Of a DNA stretch of 64,000 nt, positions 12,345 to 24,957 are shown piece by piece. The notes under the pieces were generated by a model. It saw only the letters and a list, made by a program, of their open reading frames with translations. It was not told the origin of the DNA and ran no database searches. A program made the translations under genes and the position numbers. This DNA is from Squalus acanthias (lineage: Eukaryota). Every line of letters begins with the position of its first letter. The first letter of the stretch is position 1. The DNA lies in contig CM059432.1 of assembly GCA_030390025.1 (NCBI GenBank), positions 106,952,001 through 107,016,000 of the forward strand, in the 5' to 3' direction.

Positions 12345-15300
12345 AAATCCGGCGAATTCAAAAACAACAAAAAACAAGGAGTGATGTCACCGGACAGCAG
12401 GTTGGTGATTGGTTGGTGAGTATTACATTTTTTTCTCTCTAAGCTAGGACAGTGGTTTAAACTAAGCTGGGGAACTATAACGCACTTTATTAAATTAATA
12501 ACTTAACGAGATAAACTAATTAATATAACTATAAATGTTGAATAAAGACTTTAACTAAATAAATAAAATAAGGTTAGACTAAGATATGGCAGGGCAGGTT
12601 GTATGTCTGGACTGCAGTATGTGGGAGTTTGTGGACAGCGAGCAAACACATCTGCAGGAGATGTCTCCGGCTCAGAGTGATTGAGCTGGAGTGCGAATTG
12701 GAGACACTCCGACGCATAAGGGAGAGGGAGGAGTATTTGGACAGTTTGCTCCAGACTTCGGTCACACCTCGTAGAGAGGTGCAGGTTCAGAACGGGGTTG
12801 GTGTGACCGATAGTTTGCAAAGTAAGGGGAACCCATGTAAGAAAGGGAAGGAGGATCCACAGAAACTGATCCTATCCAACAGGTACAATGTACTTGCTAC
12901 CTGTGAGGATAAGGATAAAGACTGTCGGAAGGATAGCCAGAATACGGACCATTGCACTTTTTAGCAGCAGGCTGTCCAGCGTGGGGAGGAGGAGGAGAGG
13001 AAGCCTAATGTGGTAGTTGTAGGGGATTCTATAATTAGGGGTACAGATAGCATCCTTTGTAAGCAAGATCGAGAGACCCACATGGTATGTTGCCTACCTG
13101 GTGCCAGGGTGAGGGACATCTCGAACTGGCTTGAAAGGATATTGGAGAGGGGGGGGAGGGGGAGGATCCGGTCATTGTAGTCCATGTTGGAGCCAACAAC
13201 ATAGGGAAGAGAATGCAAGCGGTCCTGTTTGAGGAGAAGTAGGAGCTAAATTAAAGAACAAGACCTCAAGGGTTAATATCTCTGGATTATTACCTGAGCC
13301 ACATGCAAATTGGCGTAGGGATAAGCTGATTAGGGAAGTGAACACGTGGCTAAAGGAGTGGTGTGGGAAAGAGGGGTTCCATTTCATGGGGCACTGCCAC
13401 CAGTATTGGGACAGGAAGGAACTGTACCGTTGAGACAGACTCCACCTGAACCGATCTGGGACCAGGGTCCTAGCGGAAAGGATAAATAGGGCGGTCACAA
13501 GGACTTTAAACTAGTAAATGGGGGGAGGGCTCAGGTGGAAATTGTAGTAAAAATAATAGTTCAAAAACAAATGAAAGGGAAGAGAGCAGAGTAACAGTTA
13601 GAAATTGTGCTTTAGGCACTACAGGTAAAGGGAAAACTAAAAGATGTAAAGTGATTAAACCAGGAGAGAGAAATAAGAAACATGTGAGTAAAACATTAGA
13701 GCTGAAGGACAGGCTAGGGTGTGTGGCCCTAATAAGCATTCTTTATACAAACACATGGGGGTAAAAATTGAGTCGCGCCCCATTTGGGGCGCTAACCTCG
13801 CCGGGGCGCGACTTTTAGCGCCCCGAAAAAATTAGCGGCCCTCCGCCGGAACTTCAGTGGTTGCGCCCCAAGAGGGAAGCGGGGCGCCACTGGAAGCACC
13901 CCGCATCCCTCTTGGGGCGCTGCGAGTGAATATCCTGGCGCTACGTGCCGCGGTATTGCAGGCCTTCCTCCCCTTCTTAAAGGGGAGGGACCCTGCGCAG
14001 CGCGAACCGGGGCCCAGCTGGGCCCCCAGGGATCGGGAGTGCCGGCAAAAGAGCCCGGCACTCAAGAGAAGTGTCGGGCTCTTGGAGCGCAGCCGGCACT
14101 TCACGGTGGGGGGGCTTCACGGGGGCCGGGGGCAGGTGCTGGCAGGCGGCCAGCAACAAAAATGGCCGCCTGCCACCTCCCCTTTAAATATCGCCGCCCC
14201 GGCCGCACGTACGCCTCCCTGAACCCGTCGGACATAGCGTCTGGCGGTAAATCAGGGGGCGCGACTGAAGATCACGGCCGGGGTGCTGCGCACGGCGATG
14301 ACGTCATCGCCGGCGGCGCGGCGCTACCGGCTGCCGCCGCCGCTAACCTCCCACTAAATTTTTCGGGAGGCGTGGGCGGCGCTGCGCCCGGGCGTTAGCT
14401 GCTTTACGCCCCATTAGCGCCCTCTTAAGGCGCTAACGGGAGGCGCAAGCAGCTGAATTTTTCCCCCATGGAGTATAAGGAATAAATTGAATGAACTGCA
14501 GGCGCGAATTCAAATTGGAGGGTATGACATGGTAGCCATTACTGAGACTTGGCTGCAAGACGGTCAGGACTGGGAACTAAATGTACCAGGTTATACGGTC
14601 TACAGGAAAGATAGGGAAAATGGTAGAAGGGGAGGAGTAGCCTTAGTAATTAAGGATGAAATCACTTCAATGATAGAGGTAAGCAGGCAGTGGAGACTTT
14701 ATGGGTAGAATTAAGAAATAGGAAAGGATTTAAGACTGTAATGGGAGTTGTGTATAGGCCCCCTGGTGGCAGCTGTGAATTGTTAGATCGTATAAATGCA
14801 GAGATTAGACAAGCGTGTAATAAAGGCAGAATGGTTTTAATGGGGGATTTTAACTTTCATATAGATTGGGATAAGCACGTGTCAGAAAGGTAGTGAATTT
14901 ATTGAGTGCCTGGGATAGTTTTGTACAACAATATGTCCTAGAGGCAACAAGGGGCATGCCATATTAGATTTAGTAATGAGCCAGATTTAGTTAACAGCCT
15001 AACTGTGCGTGAACATTTATCCAATAGCGACCATAACATGATCGAGTTCAACGTAACGTTTGAAAGGGAGAAACGCGAAACAGCGAAGATTTTAGATTTA
15101 GGTAAGGCCGACTTCAACGTGATGAGGCAGAGACTGTCCACAGTAAACTGGGCAAATCTGTTAATGGGTAAAATGACACGAGATCAGTGGGAGATGTTTA
15201 AAAAAAAATTAATGATATACAAAACCAGTTTGTACCCCTGAGTGGCAAGAGCTCTACTTGCCAAAAAAAACAGCCATGAACGGCTAAAGAGGTGAGGGAC

Positions 15301-15962
15301 AGCATAAAACTAAAAGGCAAAGCATACAAAAATGCAAAAAAAACACAGATCCTGGCAAATGGGAAAGATGCAAACAACAACAAAGGGTCACAAAACAGAT
15401 AGTAAGAGCTACAAAAAGGGAGTATGAAAAGAAACTTTCAAGGGTTATCAAAATCAATACAAAGAATTTTTACAATTACATTAGGAAAAGGAGGGTAGTC
15501 AGGAGCAATGTTGGCCCCTTAATAATTGGAAGTGGTGATATTGTCAATGATATAAGGAAATGGCGGACAAATGTTAATTACTTTGCGTCAGTATTTACAG
15601 TAAAAGAAGGGGATAGCATGCCGGAAATTCCAAGGAAACTAATATTGAATCAGGGATAGGGACTCAATAAAATTAACGCAAGTAAAATAACAATGAAGAA
15701 AATAATGGCACTAAAGAGTGACAAATCCCCAGGACCAGATGGTTTCCATCCCAGGGTTTTAAAGGAAGTAGGTGAGCACATTGCAGATGCCCTAACTAAT
15801 CTTCCAAAGCGCGCTCAATTCAGGAACCATTCCTTTAGATTGGAAAATTGCGATGTCACTCTGCTATTTAAGAATGGCGAGAGAGGGAATTATAGACCAG
15901 TTAGCCAAACATCTGTTGTTGGGAAATTGCTAGAGTCTATAAGTCAGGATAGAGTGACTGAA
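12345..15962 (+). mobile_element. CR1 LINE copy D with 5' UTR, ORF1 (Zn-finger, coiled coil, SGNH esterase; about 12586-13514, disrupted) and ORF2 N-terminal half; 3' end missing
   Basis: ATG at 12586 (MAGQVVCLDCSMWE..HICRRC..VIELECELETLRRI), then VVVVGDSIIRG..VCCLPGARV. ORF2 has MVAITETWL, MGDFNF, SDHNMI and DKSPGPDGFHPRVLKE. Confidence 0.88.
13758..14467. mobile_element. GC-rich non-autonomous DNA transposon (PIF/Harbinger-like MITE) inserted at the start of CR1 D ORF2
   Basis: Termini GGGGTAAAAATT ... AATTTTTCCCCC (11/12 inverted match) flanked by a 3-bp ATG duplication. Removing it restores the CR1 EN start Y-T-N-x-x-S-I-R-N-K. Confidence 0.75.
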
Positions 15963-16908
15963 CGCCCATCCCTAATTGCCCTTGAGAAGGTGGCGGTGAG
16001 CGCCTTCTTGAGCCGCTGCAGTCTGTGTGGTGAAGGTACTCCAATAGTGCTGTTGGGGAAGGAGTTCCAGGATTTTGACCCGGTGACCACGAAGGAACGG
16101 CGATATATTTCCAAGTCAGGCTGGTGTGTAACCTGGAGGGGAACTTGAAGGTGCTGGTGTTCCCATGCACCTGCTGCCCTTGTCCTTCTCGGTGTAGAGG
16201 TTGCGGGTTTGGGAAGTACTGTTGAAGAAGCCTTGTTGAGTTGCTGCAGTGCATCTTGTAAATGGTACACACTGCAGCCATGGTGTGCCGGTGGTGGAGG
16301 GAGTGAATGTTTAAGGTGGTAGATGGGGTGCCAACCAAGCGGGCTGCTTTGTCCTGGATGGTGTCGAGCTTCTTGAGTGTTGTGGGAGCTGCACTCATCC
16401 AGGCAAGTGGAGAGTATTCCATCACACTCCTGACTTGTACCTTGTAGATGGTGGAAAGGCTTTGGCGAGTCAGGTGGTGAGTCACTTGCCGCAGAATACC
16501 CAGCCTCTGACCTGCTCTTGTAGCCATAGTATTTATGTGGCTGGTCCAGTTAAGTTTCTGGTCAATGGTGACCCCCCAGGATGTTGATGGTGGGGGGATT
16601 CGGTGATGGTAATGCCATTGAATGTCATGAGGAGGTGATAGACTTTCTCTTGTTAGAGATGGTCATTGCCATGGCACTTGTGTGGTGCGAATGTTACTTG
16701 CCACTTATCAGCCCAAGCCTGAATGTTGTCCAGGTCTTGCTGCATGCGGGCATGGACCGCGTCATTGTCTGAGAGTTGCGAAAGGAACTGAACACTGTGC
16801 AATCATCAGCGAACATCCCCACATTTCTGACCGTATGTTGGAGGGAAGGTCATTGATGAAGCAGCTGAAGATGGCTCGGCCTAGGACACTGCCCTGAGGA
16901 ACTCCTGT
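15963..16908 (-). mobile_element. Second non-LTR retrotransposon family (RT C-terminal region; clade not resolved)
   Basis: [18 protein letters not shown] and LSTIYKVQVRSVMEYSPLAW..LDTIQDKAARL. Same family as 35283-36617. Confidence 0.85.
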
Positions 16909-17570
16909 GAAATGGAGGGTGTTAGGCTGCATGGTAGAATTTATAGGGAGTGAAGGGCCATTGGCTTCAGCGCCTACCATTGTCGGGGATTGAAGGTTGA
17001 TTTTACTGAGGGGTGCGGATTTTAGAGACGACAAAGATTTCCGACAGTCTGCTGCAAAGGAGGCTCCTCCTAGCATTCAGAATCGCTGCATCTCGTGCTT
17101 TTCTAATTCTAATCCAAAGCTAGCAAGATTTACCTTGATAAAAATAATCCCTGTAATGCATCAAAGTTGTTATCTCCGAGAGCCTCGTAATCTACATCAC
17201 TGACCTTGTGGACTGTTCTTCATCCTCAAGAGTTTTAAGAATTTGTGTTCTCATTTGGTTCTCTTGAACTGAACCAAATAATGGAGCATAGAGACAGATT
17301 CATTTATTATGGGATGGCAGCTTCAGTGTGCCACTGTTGAGATGTGGTGTCTTATATTTTTATACTATCAAAGAAAAAAGGATTTGTATATTTCTCCAGC
17401 TGCTCTAAACCTTGATGATGCACGAGAATCTCTGACCTCTAGGCCACAGTTCCCTGCACAGCACTCATGGCTCCAAATGGTTTCTTGAGTTGCTGGTTGA
17501 TGCTTCTGTTCCAGGAATGCAATAGCTGGATGCAACACTGAAGTAAGGCAAGTGAGCATGCACAGGTTCT

Positions 17571-20500
17571 CATAGAAGTTACAGCACGGAAGGAGGCCAT
17601 TTCGGCCCATCGTGTCCGTGCCGGCCAACAAAGCTATCCAGCCTAATCCCACTTCCCAGCTCTTGGTCCGTAGCCCTGCAGGTTACAGCATCCCAAGTGC
17701 ACATCCAAGTACTTTTTAAATGTGGTTAGGGTTTCTGCCTCTACCACCCTTTCAGGCAGTGAGCTCCAGACCCCCACAACCCTCTGGGTGAAGAAATTTC
17801 CCCTCAAATCCCCTCTAAACCTTGCACCAATTACTTTAAATCTGTGCCCCCTGGTTTTTGAACCCTCTGCTAAGGGAAATAGGTCCTTTCTATCCACTTT
17901 ATCTAGGCCCCTCATAATTTTATACACCTCCATAAGGTCTCCCCTCGGCCTCCTCTGTTCCAAGGAAAACAAATCCAGCCTTTCCTCATAGCTACGATTC
18001 TCTACACCCGGCAACATCCTTGTAAATCTCCTCTGTACCCTCTCTAGTGCAATCACATCTTTCCTGTAATGTGGTGACCAGAACTGCACACAGTACTCTA
18101 GCTGAGGCCTAACTAGTGTTTTGTACAGTTGAAGCATAACGCCCCTGCTCTTGTATTCTATGCCATGGCTAATAAAGGCAAGCATTCCGTATGCCTTCTT
18201 AACCACCTTTATCTACCTGGCCTGCTACCTTCAGGGATCTGTGGGCATGCACCCCAAGGTCCCTTTGTTCCTCTACACTACTCGGTGTCCTACCATTTAA
18301 TGTGTATTCCCTTTCCTTGTTAGCCCTCCCCAAATGCATTACCTCACACTTCTCTGGATTGAATTCCATTTGCCACTGTTCTGCCCACCTGACCAATTTA
18401 TTGATATCTTCCTGCAGTCTACAACTTCCTCCTTCAGTATCAACCACACAGCCGATTTTAGTATGATCTGCAAACTTCTTAATCATACCCCCTATATTCG
18501 AGTCTAGATCATTGATATATATCACAAAAAGCAAGGGACCTAGTCCTGAGTCCTGCGAAACCCCACTGGAAACAGCCTTCCAGTCACAAAAACACCCATC
18601 AACCTTTACCCTCTGCTTCCTGCCTCCGAGCCAGTTTTGAATCCAACTTGACACTTTGCCCTGGATCCCATGGGCTTTTAACTTCATGACCAGTCTGCCA
18701 TGTGGAACCTTATCAAAAGCCTTGCTAAAGTCCATGTACACTGCATCAAGCGCACTACCCTCATCTACCCTCCTTGTTACCTCCTCAAAAAATTCAATCA
18801 AGTTTGTCAGACACGACCTTCCCTTAACAAATCCGTGTTGACTATCCTTGATTAATCCTTGTCTTTCTAAATGAAGATTTATCCTGTCCTTCAGAATTCT
18901 TTCCAATAATTTTCCCACCACTGAGATTAGGCTGACTGGCCTGTAATTACTCGGTCTGTCCTTTTCTCCCTTTTTAAACAGGAGTACCACATTAGCAGTC
19001 TTCCGGCACTACGCCTGAAGCCAGAGAGGTTTGGAAAATGATGGTCAGGGCCTCTGCTATTTCCTCTTTTGCTTTGCTTAACAGCCTGGGGATTTATCCA
19101 CTTTTAAAGCTGCTAAACCCCTTCATATTTTCTCTCTCACTATGTTTATTTCATCTAATATTTCACACTCCTCCTCCCTGATAGCAATGTCTGCTTCGCC
19201 CCTCTCCTTTGCAAAAACAGACGCAAAGTATTCATTAAGAACCCTACCGACGTCTCCCGCCTCCACACACACATTACCCTCATGATCTCTAATAGGCCCT
19301 ACCCTTTCTTTAGTTATCCTCTTACTCTTAATATATTTATAAAACATCTTTGGGTTTTCCTTGATTTTACTTGCCAAGAACTTTTTATGCTCTCTTTGCT
19401 TTCCTAATATCCTTTTTAATTGCACCCCTGCACTTTCTGTACTCCTCTAAAGATTCTGCAGTATTTAGCCCTCGGTATCTGTCATACGCCTCCCTTTTTT
19501 TCTTTATCCTACCCTGTATGTCCCTAGACATCCAGGGGGCTCTAGATTTGTTAGTCCCACCATTTTTCTTTAAGGGCACATGTTTGGTCTGAACCTTCCG
19601 GATCTCCTCCTTGAATGCCTCCGACTGCTCTGACACTGATTTACCTTCAAGTAGCTGTTTCCAGTCCACTATGGCTAAATCCCCTCTGAGCTTAGCAAAA
19701 TTTGCTTTTCCCCAATTTAGAATTTTTGTTCCTGGTCTATCCTTGTCCTTTTCCATAACTACCTTAAATCTAACTGAATTATGGTCACTAGCACCAAAAT
19801 GCTCCCCCACTGATACGCCTTCTACCTGCCCAGCTTCATTCCCTAAAACTAAGTCCAGAACTGCCCCCTCCCTCGTTGGGCTTGCTACAGACTGGCTAAA
19901 AAAGTTCTCCTGGATGCATTTTAGGAATTCCGCACCCTCTATACCCTTCACACTAATTTTATCCCAGTTAATATTGGGGTAGTTGAAATCCTCTACTATT
20001 ACTGCCCTATAGTTTTTGAACTTCTCAGAAATTTGTCTACATATTTGCTCTTCTATCTCCCTCTCACTGTTTGGGGGTCTATAGTACACTCCCAGCAGTG
20101 CGATCGCCCCTTTTTTGTTTTTCAATTCAACCCATATGGCCTTGTTTGATGATCCCTCCAACACCGTGGCATAGTGGTTAGCACTGTTGCCTCACAGCGT
20201 CAGGGACCTGGGTTCGAATCCGGCCCCGGGTGACTGTCTGTGTGGAGTTTGCACATTCTCCCCGTGTCTGCGTGGGTTTCTTCCGGGTGCTCCGGTTTCC
20301 AAAGATGTGCGGGTTAGGTTGATTTGGCTATGGTAAATTGACCCTTAGTGTTAGGGGGGATTAAATACGTGGGGTTACGGGGATAGGGTGGGATATGTGT
20401 CGGTGCAGGCTCGATGGGCCGAAATGGCCTCTATCTGCACTGTGGGGATTCTGTGATATCATCCCTCCTTGCAGCTGTAATAGTTTCTTTAATCAATACC

Positions 20501-20930
20501 GTGACAGCCCCCCCCCCTCCCTTTTTACCTCCCTCTCTATCCCGTCTGAAAATCCTGTAACCAGGAATGTTGAACTGCCATACCTGCCCCTCTTTCAGCC
20601 ACATCTCTGTAATAGCTATAATATCATTGTCCCAAGTATCTACCTGTGCCCTCAGCTCATCTGCCTTGTTCGCTATACTCCTTGCATTGAAGTATATACC
20701 ATTTAGTACAGGCAAACCTCCTTGTTGACTACTATCTAGCCCTTGATTCCTCTGTCCTTCCAATTTACTTTCTATGTTTTTGTTTTCCAATTCCAGTTTT
20801 TCTTCCCTCCCTACTGACTTTATTCTTAGGTTCCCATCCCCCTGCCAAGCTAGTTTAAACCCTCCCCAACAGCACCAGCAAACCCCCCCGCGAGGATATT
20901 GGTTCCGGCTCTGTTGAGGTGCAACCCGAC
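17571..20930 (-). mobile_element. CR1 LINE copy C (near-complete ORF2 plus end of ORF1), interrupted by a SINE
   Basis: Minus ORFs 20431-21054 (FNARSI..DIIAITE), 19385-20164 (YRPPN, SDHN), 18199-18990 (RT) and 17643-18206. Tail near 17571. Confidence 0.93.
20164..20457 (+). mobile_element. tRNA-derived V-SINE (HE1-like)
   Basis: A box TGGCATAGTGG (20167), B box GGTTCGAATCC (20211), V-domain ctgtgtggagtttgcacattctccccgtgtctgcgtgggtttc and a CR1-like tail (gggccgaaatggcct..attctgtgat). Confidence 0.88.
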
Positions 20931-22199
20931 CGGGGGTTCTGGGGAGTTTCCTTGCTGAACTATGTGTTCGAAGTAAATGTCTCAGCTCATGCTGCAGATG
21001 ACTCCAGGAAATCTTTGATCCAGAATTGACTCCCACCATCATCACAAACTGCAACAGAAGGTGATTTTGGAAGAGCTAGTAGACCCAACTGCACATGGGC
21101 TCGTTCAGTCTGCCTTGCCCATCACACTTTGACCATCTTGGTGAATTGGATATTCCTTAAGTACGAGTCTTCGCATGCAGAATGGCGAGGGGGTGGGGGT
21201 GGGGGGGGTGGGGGGCGCGCGGTGGGAAGTATGAGTATATACTACTTTGTGAGACTTGTATCTCAGTACCTCTGGAGCAGCTTCCTTTTTATGAATTTCA
21301 TATCCTGATTACATAAGTGATTCTACTTTTACCAGCTGCCTCAGAAGTTTTAGGTCTTGGCACAGTCTGAAACTTGCTGTAGTTAGCTACACGCATCAAC
21401 TTTCAAGGAGGGGGGAGGGGAGAAAGGGTTGGGCACATGATGCAACCTTGGCGCCGCATTTGGGAAGCGATGCTTTTGGAATATTGCAGCCAGTCACTTT
21501 TTAAATAGATAATGTGTAGGCCTACAAAAGGTATAGCTCTACAAATAACTCGTAGCTAAAGTGAAAGCTTGTGGGATCTAAAATTAAATTAATTGGGATT
21601 AATCAGCTGTACAATATGTAGTTTTCAATCAGTTCTAAGTGAACATGTGTGACAAGTAGAATCAATCGGGTATCAGTCCTGAAATTCCTGCAATTCATAT
21701 TTATTTATGGCTCTGAGGAATTGCAAATAGAATGTCTAATCCTTCAGTAACTGGATACCGTGTCTTTTGCACATGCCCTCCCTCACCTGCACTTCTCTGA
21801 TCTTCCAGTAGTCAGAACTGATAAATACACTAGTGAGACGAGGTCAGTGTAAAATCGAGAAGGTTGCTTATTTTTCAGAATGCACACAACTGAAGAGCAT
21901 AGCATTTTCAGACTCTCTCTTCTATAATGTTTCCTATAACCTATACAACAATAAAATTGCACTACTCTATCGTGAATGCTCACTTTTGATTTTTCCTTTC
22001 TAGTCAGCCTCCAGCTGTACAACTGACCTGTATCTTAATTTGCAATCCAGGCCAAGGTCTTCCAGACTTTGTTGGAATGAACTGATCCTGTATTCACAAG
22101 GGGGCGGGGGGGGGGGGGGGCGGCCATTGCCTCTGGTTTCTCTTTTAAACTGTGATAGGCCTGTCAATTAAATTGGCTACCATAGGATACTGGCAGCAG

Positions 22200-22740
22200 A
22201 GTTTTGGATGAACTGAAATATACGGAGGGTGGTGAATGAGAGGTTGGCCAGGAGAGCAATGGAATAGTCAGGTCTGGAGATGACAGACATGGATGAAGGT
22301 TACAGCAGCAGATGGGCTGAAGCAGGAGTTCGAAGTAGGTTGTCTTTGTGATGAAGTGATGGGGTCAGAAACTCAGCTCCGGGATGAATAGGACATTGAG
22401 ATTGCAAACAGTCTTAGCCTGAGCCAGTGGCCAGGGAAAGGAATGGAATCTAAGAGCCAGTGGAGATATAGAGCTGGTGTTATCTGCATACATGTGGAAG
22501 CAGATCCCGTGTCTGCAGATTATGTCGCAATGGGCAGCAAGAGGAGGGAACCAAGGAGACATCCTTGGGGGACTCCAGAGGTAATGGTGCTGGGTGGGGA
22601 AGAGAAGCCATTGCTGAAGATGATCTGGCTACAAGAGAGAAGAATGGAACCAAGCAAGTGGTGTTGGAGGAGGATGGTGTGGTCAACCGTGTCAAAGGCT
22701 GGAGAGAGGTTGAGGAGGGATAATGCATCATGGTTATGAT
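22200..22740 (-). mobile_element. Degenerate L2-type LINE fragment
   Basis: Minus strand reads GVPQG-like and FHMYAD RT remnants. Similar to the L2 at 38735. Confidence 0.6.
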
Positions 22741-23169
22741 CATGCTCCTGACTTTATGTACATTGATTGGGATCACATTAGTTCTCTTCTACTGCTCTAG
22801 TACCTTTCATTTTACCTGGCAAGCTTTGCAAAATTCTCTGCTCAGATCTTTGGGCATTTGCCATCCTACATGCAACAAGTTATTGGCTGATTGTTAAGTT
22901 TTAATATCTATTAATTGTAACTATTTGCATCTAATAAGAATTTATCAATTTGTTGCTGAAAAAAATTTCACATAAATGGCATTCATTTAATATTTTGTTA
23001 AAGTAGCAGCTAGGTTATATGTAGTAACAATTCCCAGTGCATATTTTCTTACGGTTTAAATTACATTAAGGACAGACAATTAGAAAAAGAAGTGAACCCC
23101 AAAGTAAAAAAAATCTGTGTATTCTATTTAGTTTCTGTTTCTATTTACTGTTGGAAGTGCCTGGAATAT

Positions 23170-23530
23170 CCTCAGGACACTCCAAAGTGCTTCATATCTA
23201 AATAATTACGTTTGAAGTGCAGTTATTTGCTAAATGTGGCAGCCAACTTGCCTACTGCAAGGTCTCACAAGCAGCAAATGAGATGAATGCCCAATTTTTG
23301 CTGGTGCTCATTAAGGAAAGGATGTTGGCCAGGACACTGAGCTCCTTACTCTTAAACTGCCATGGGACCATTGCTGTCGACCTGAACAGGCAGATGGAGC
23401 CTTGATTTAATGACTCATTCTAAAGGCAGTACTGCACTCCAACAGTACTGCACTGAAGTGTCAACCTGGAGTCGGGCTTGAACCCACAACCACCTGACTT
23501 GGAAGCGAGATTGCTACCAACTAAGGCCAG
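23170..23530 (-). mobile_element. Degenerate Deu-domain SINE
   Basis: Matches the reverse complement of 59725-60172 (gttggccaggacact, cagtactgcactg, gggcttgaaccc). Confidence 0.65.
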
Positions 23531-23998
23531 GTTACACGTGGCTCGGACAGCTTATCGGCTCCATTGAATGGATGTGTTTCGCCTGTTGCTGAAAATTGAA
23601 ATCTGAGCCAGCAAGTTTTCATACCATCCATGAGACTGGACATGTTATAATAGCAGAGGCATTAATGAGACATGGCCTTACTTTTGTGTCTCTTTTCCTC
23701 CGTGTTCCTTTTGTAAGTGTAATTTTCTGTGTGTGCATACTATTTTTAACCTATCTGTATGAAATGATAAAAACTGTGTTTTAAAAGTACAAAGCAGTAT
23801 TCCTCAAGTTAAAGTATTTCTTTGTTCTCAGACATCCTCCACACACAGCTAGAGCAGACAGGACCTGACTTGTCAGTGCCAGCCTGCTCCCAGCAGTGTG
23901 TACACGATGTCTTTAATTGAAGAATGAGAAATATCCTGCTAGGTAGGTAATCATTCTTTTTATTCCTAGAGAAATTTGTTACAGTTTAATACAGAGTA

Positions 23999-24957
23999 TT
24001 GATTTGGATGAGGGGACCAAATGTAATATATCCAAGTTTGCTGATGATACAAAGCTGGGTGGGAAAGTAAGTTGTGAGGAGGATGCAAGGAGGCTTCAAG
24101 GGAATAAAGACAAGCTAAGTAAGTGGGCAAGAACATGGCAAATGGAATATAATGTGGAGAAATGTGAAGTTATCCACTTTGGTAGGGAAAACTAGAAAAG
24201 CAGAGTATTTTTTAGATAGAGAGAGATTGGGAAATGTTGGTGTTCAGAGGGACCTGGGTGTCCTTGTACATGAATCACTGAAAGTTAACATGCAGGTACA
24301 GCAAGCAATTAGGAAAGCAAATGGTATGTTGGCCTTTATTACAAGAGGATTTGAGTACAAGACTAAAGACTTCTTGCTGCAATAATATAGGGCCCTGGTG
24401 AGACCACACTTGGAGTATTGTGTACAGTTTTGATCTCCTTACCTAAGGAAGGATATACTTGCCATAGAGGGAGTGCAACGAAGGTTCACCAGACTGGTTC
24501 CTGGGATGGTGGGATTGTCCTATGAGGAGAGATTGAGTAGACTAGGCCTATATTCTCTAGAGTTTAGAAGAATGAGGGGTGATCTCATTGAAACATACAA
24601 AATTCTTACAGGGCTTGACAGGGTAGATGCAGGGAGGATGTTTCCCCAGGCTGGGGAGTCTAGGATCAGGGGTCACAGTCTCAGAATAAGGGGTCAGCCA
24701 TTTAGGACTGAGATGAGGAGAAATTTCTTCACTCAGAGGGTGGTGACTCTTTGGAATTCTCTACCCCACAGGGCTGTGGAGGCTCAGTCATTGAGTATAT
24801 TCAAGACAGAGATCGATAGATTTTTGAATATTAAGGGAATCAAGAGATATGGTGATAGTGCAGGAAAGTGGAGATGAGGTAGAAGATCAGCCATGATCTT
24901 ATTGAATGGCTCGAAGGGCCAAATGGCCTACTCCTGCTCCTATTTCTTATGTTCTTA
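23999..24957 (+). mobile_element. CR1 LINE copy E (5'-truncated)
   Basis: [11 protein letters not shown] and RRMRGDLIETYKI. Ends with tail cctatttcttatgttctt. Confidence 0.93.

Noticed and set aside
13792..14398. Several GC-rich ORFs as a gene or host promoter
   Set aside because: They lie within a TIR/TSD-bounded insert in a CR1 element. No recognisable protein is encoded.
20164..20225. tRNA gene
   Set aside because: The A and B boxes belong to a SINE head that is followed by a V-domain and a LINE-like tail.
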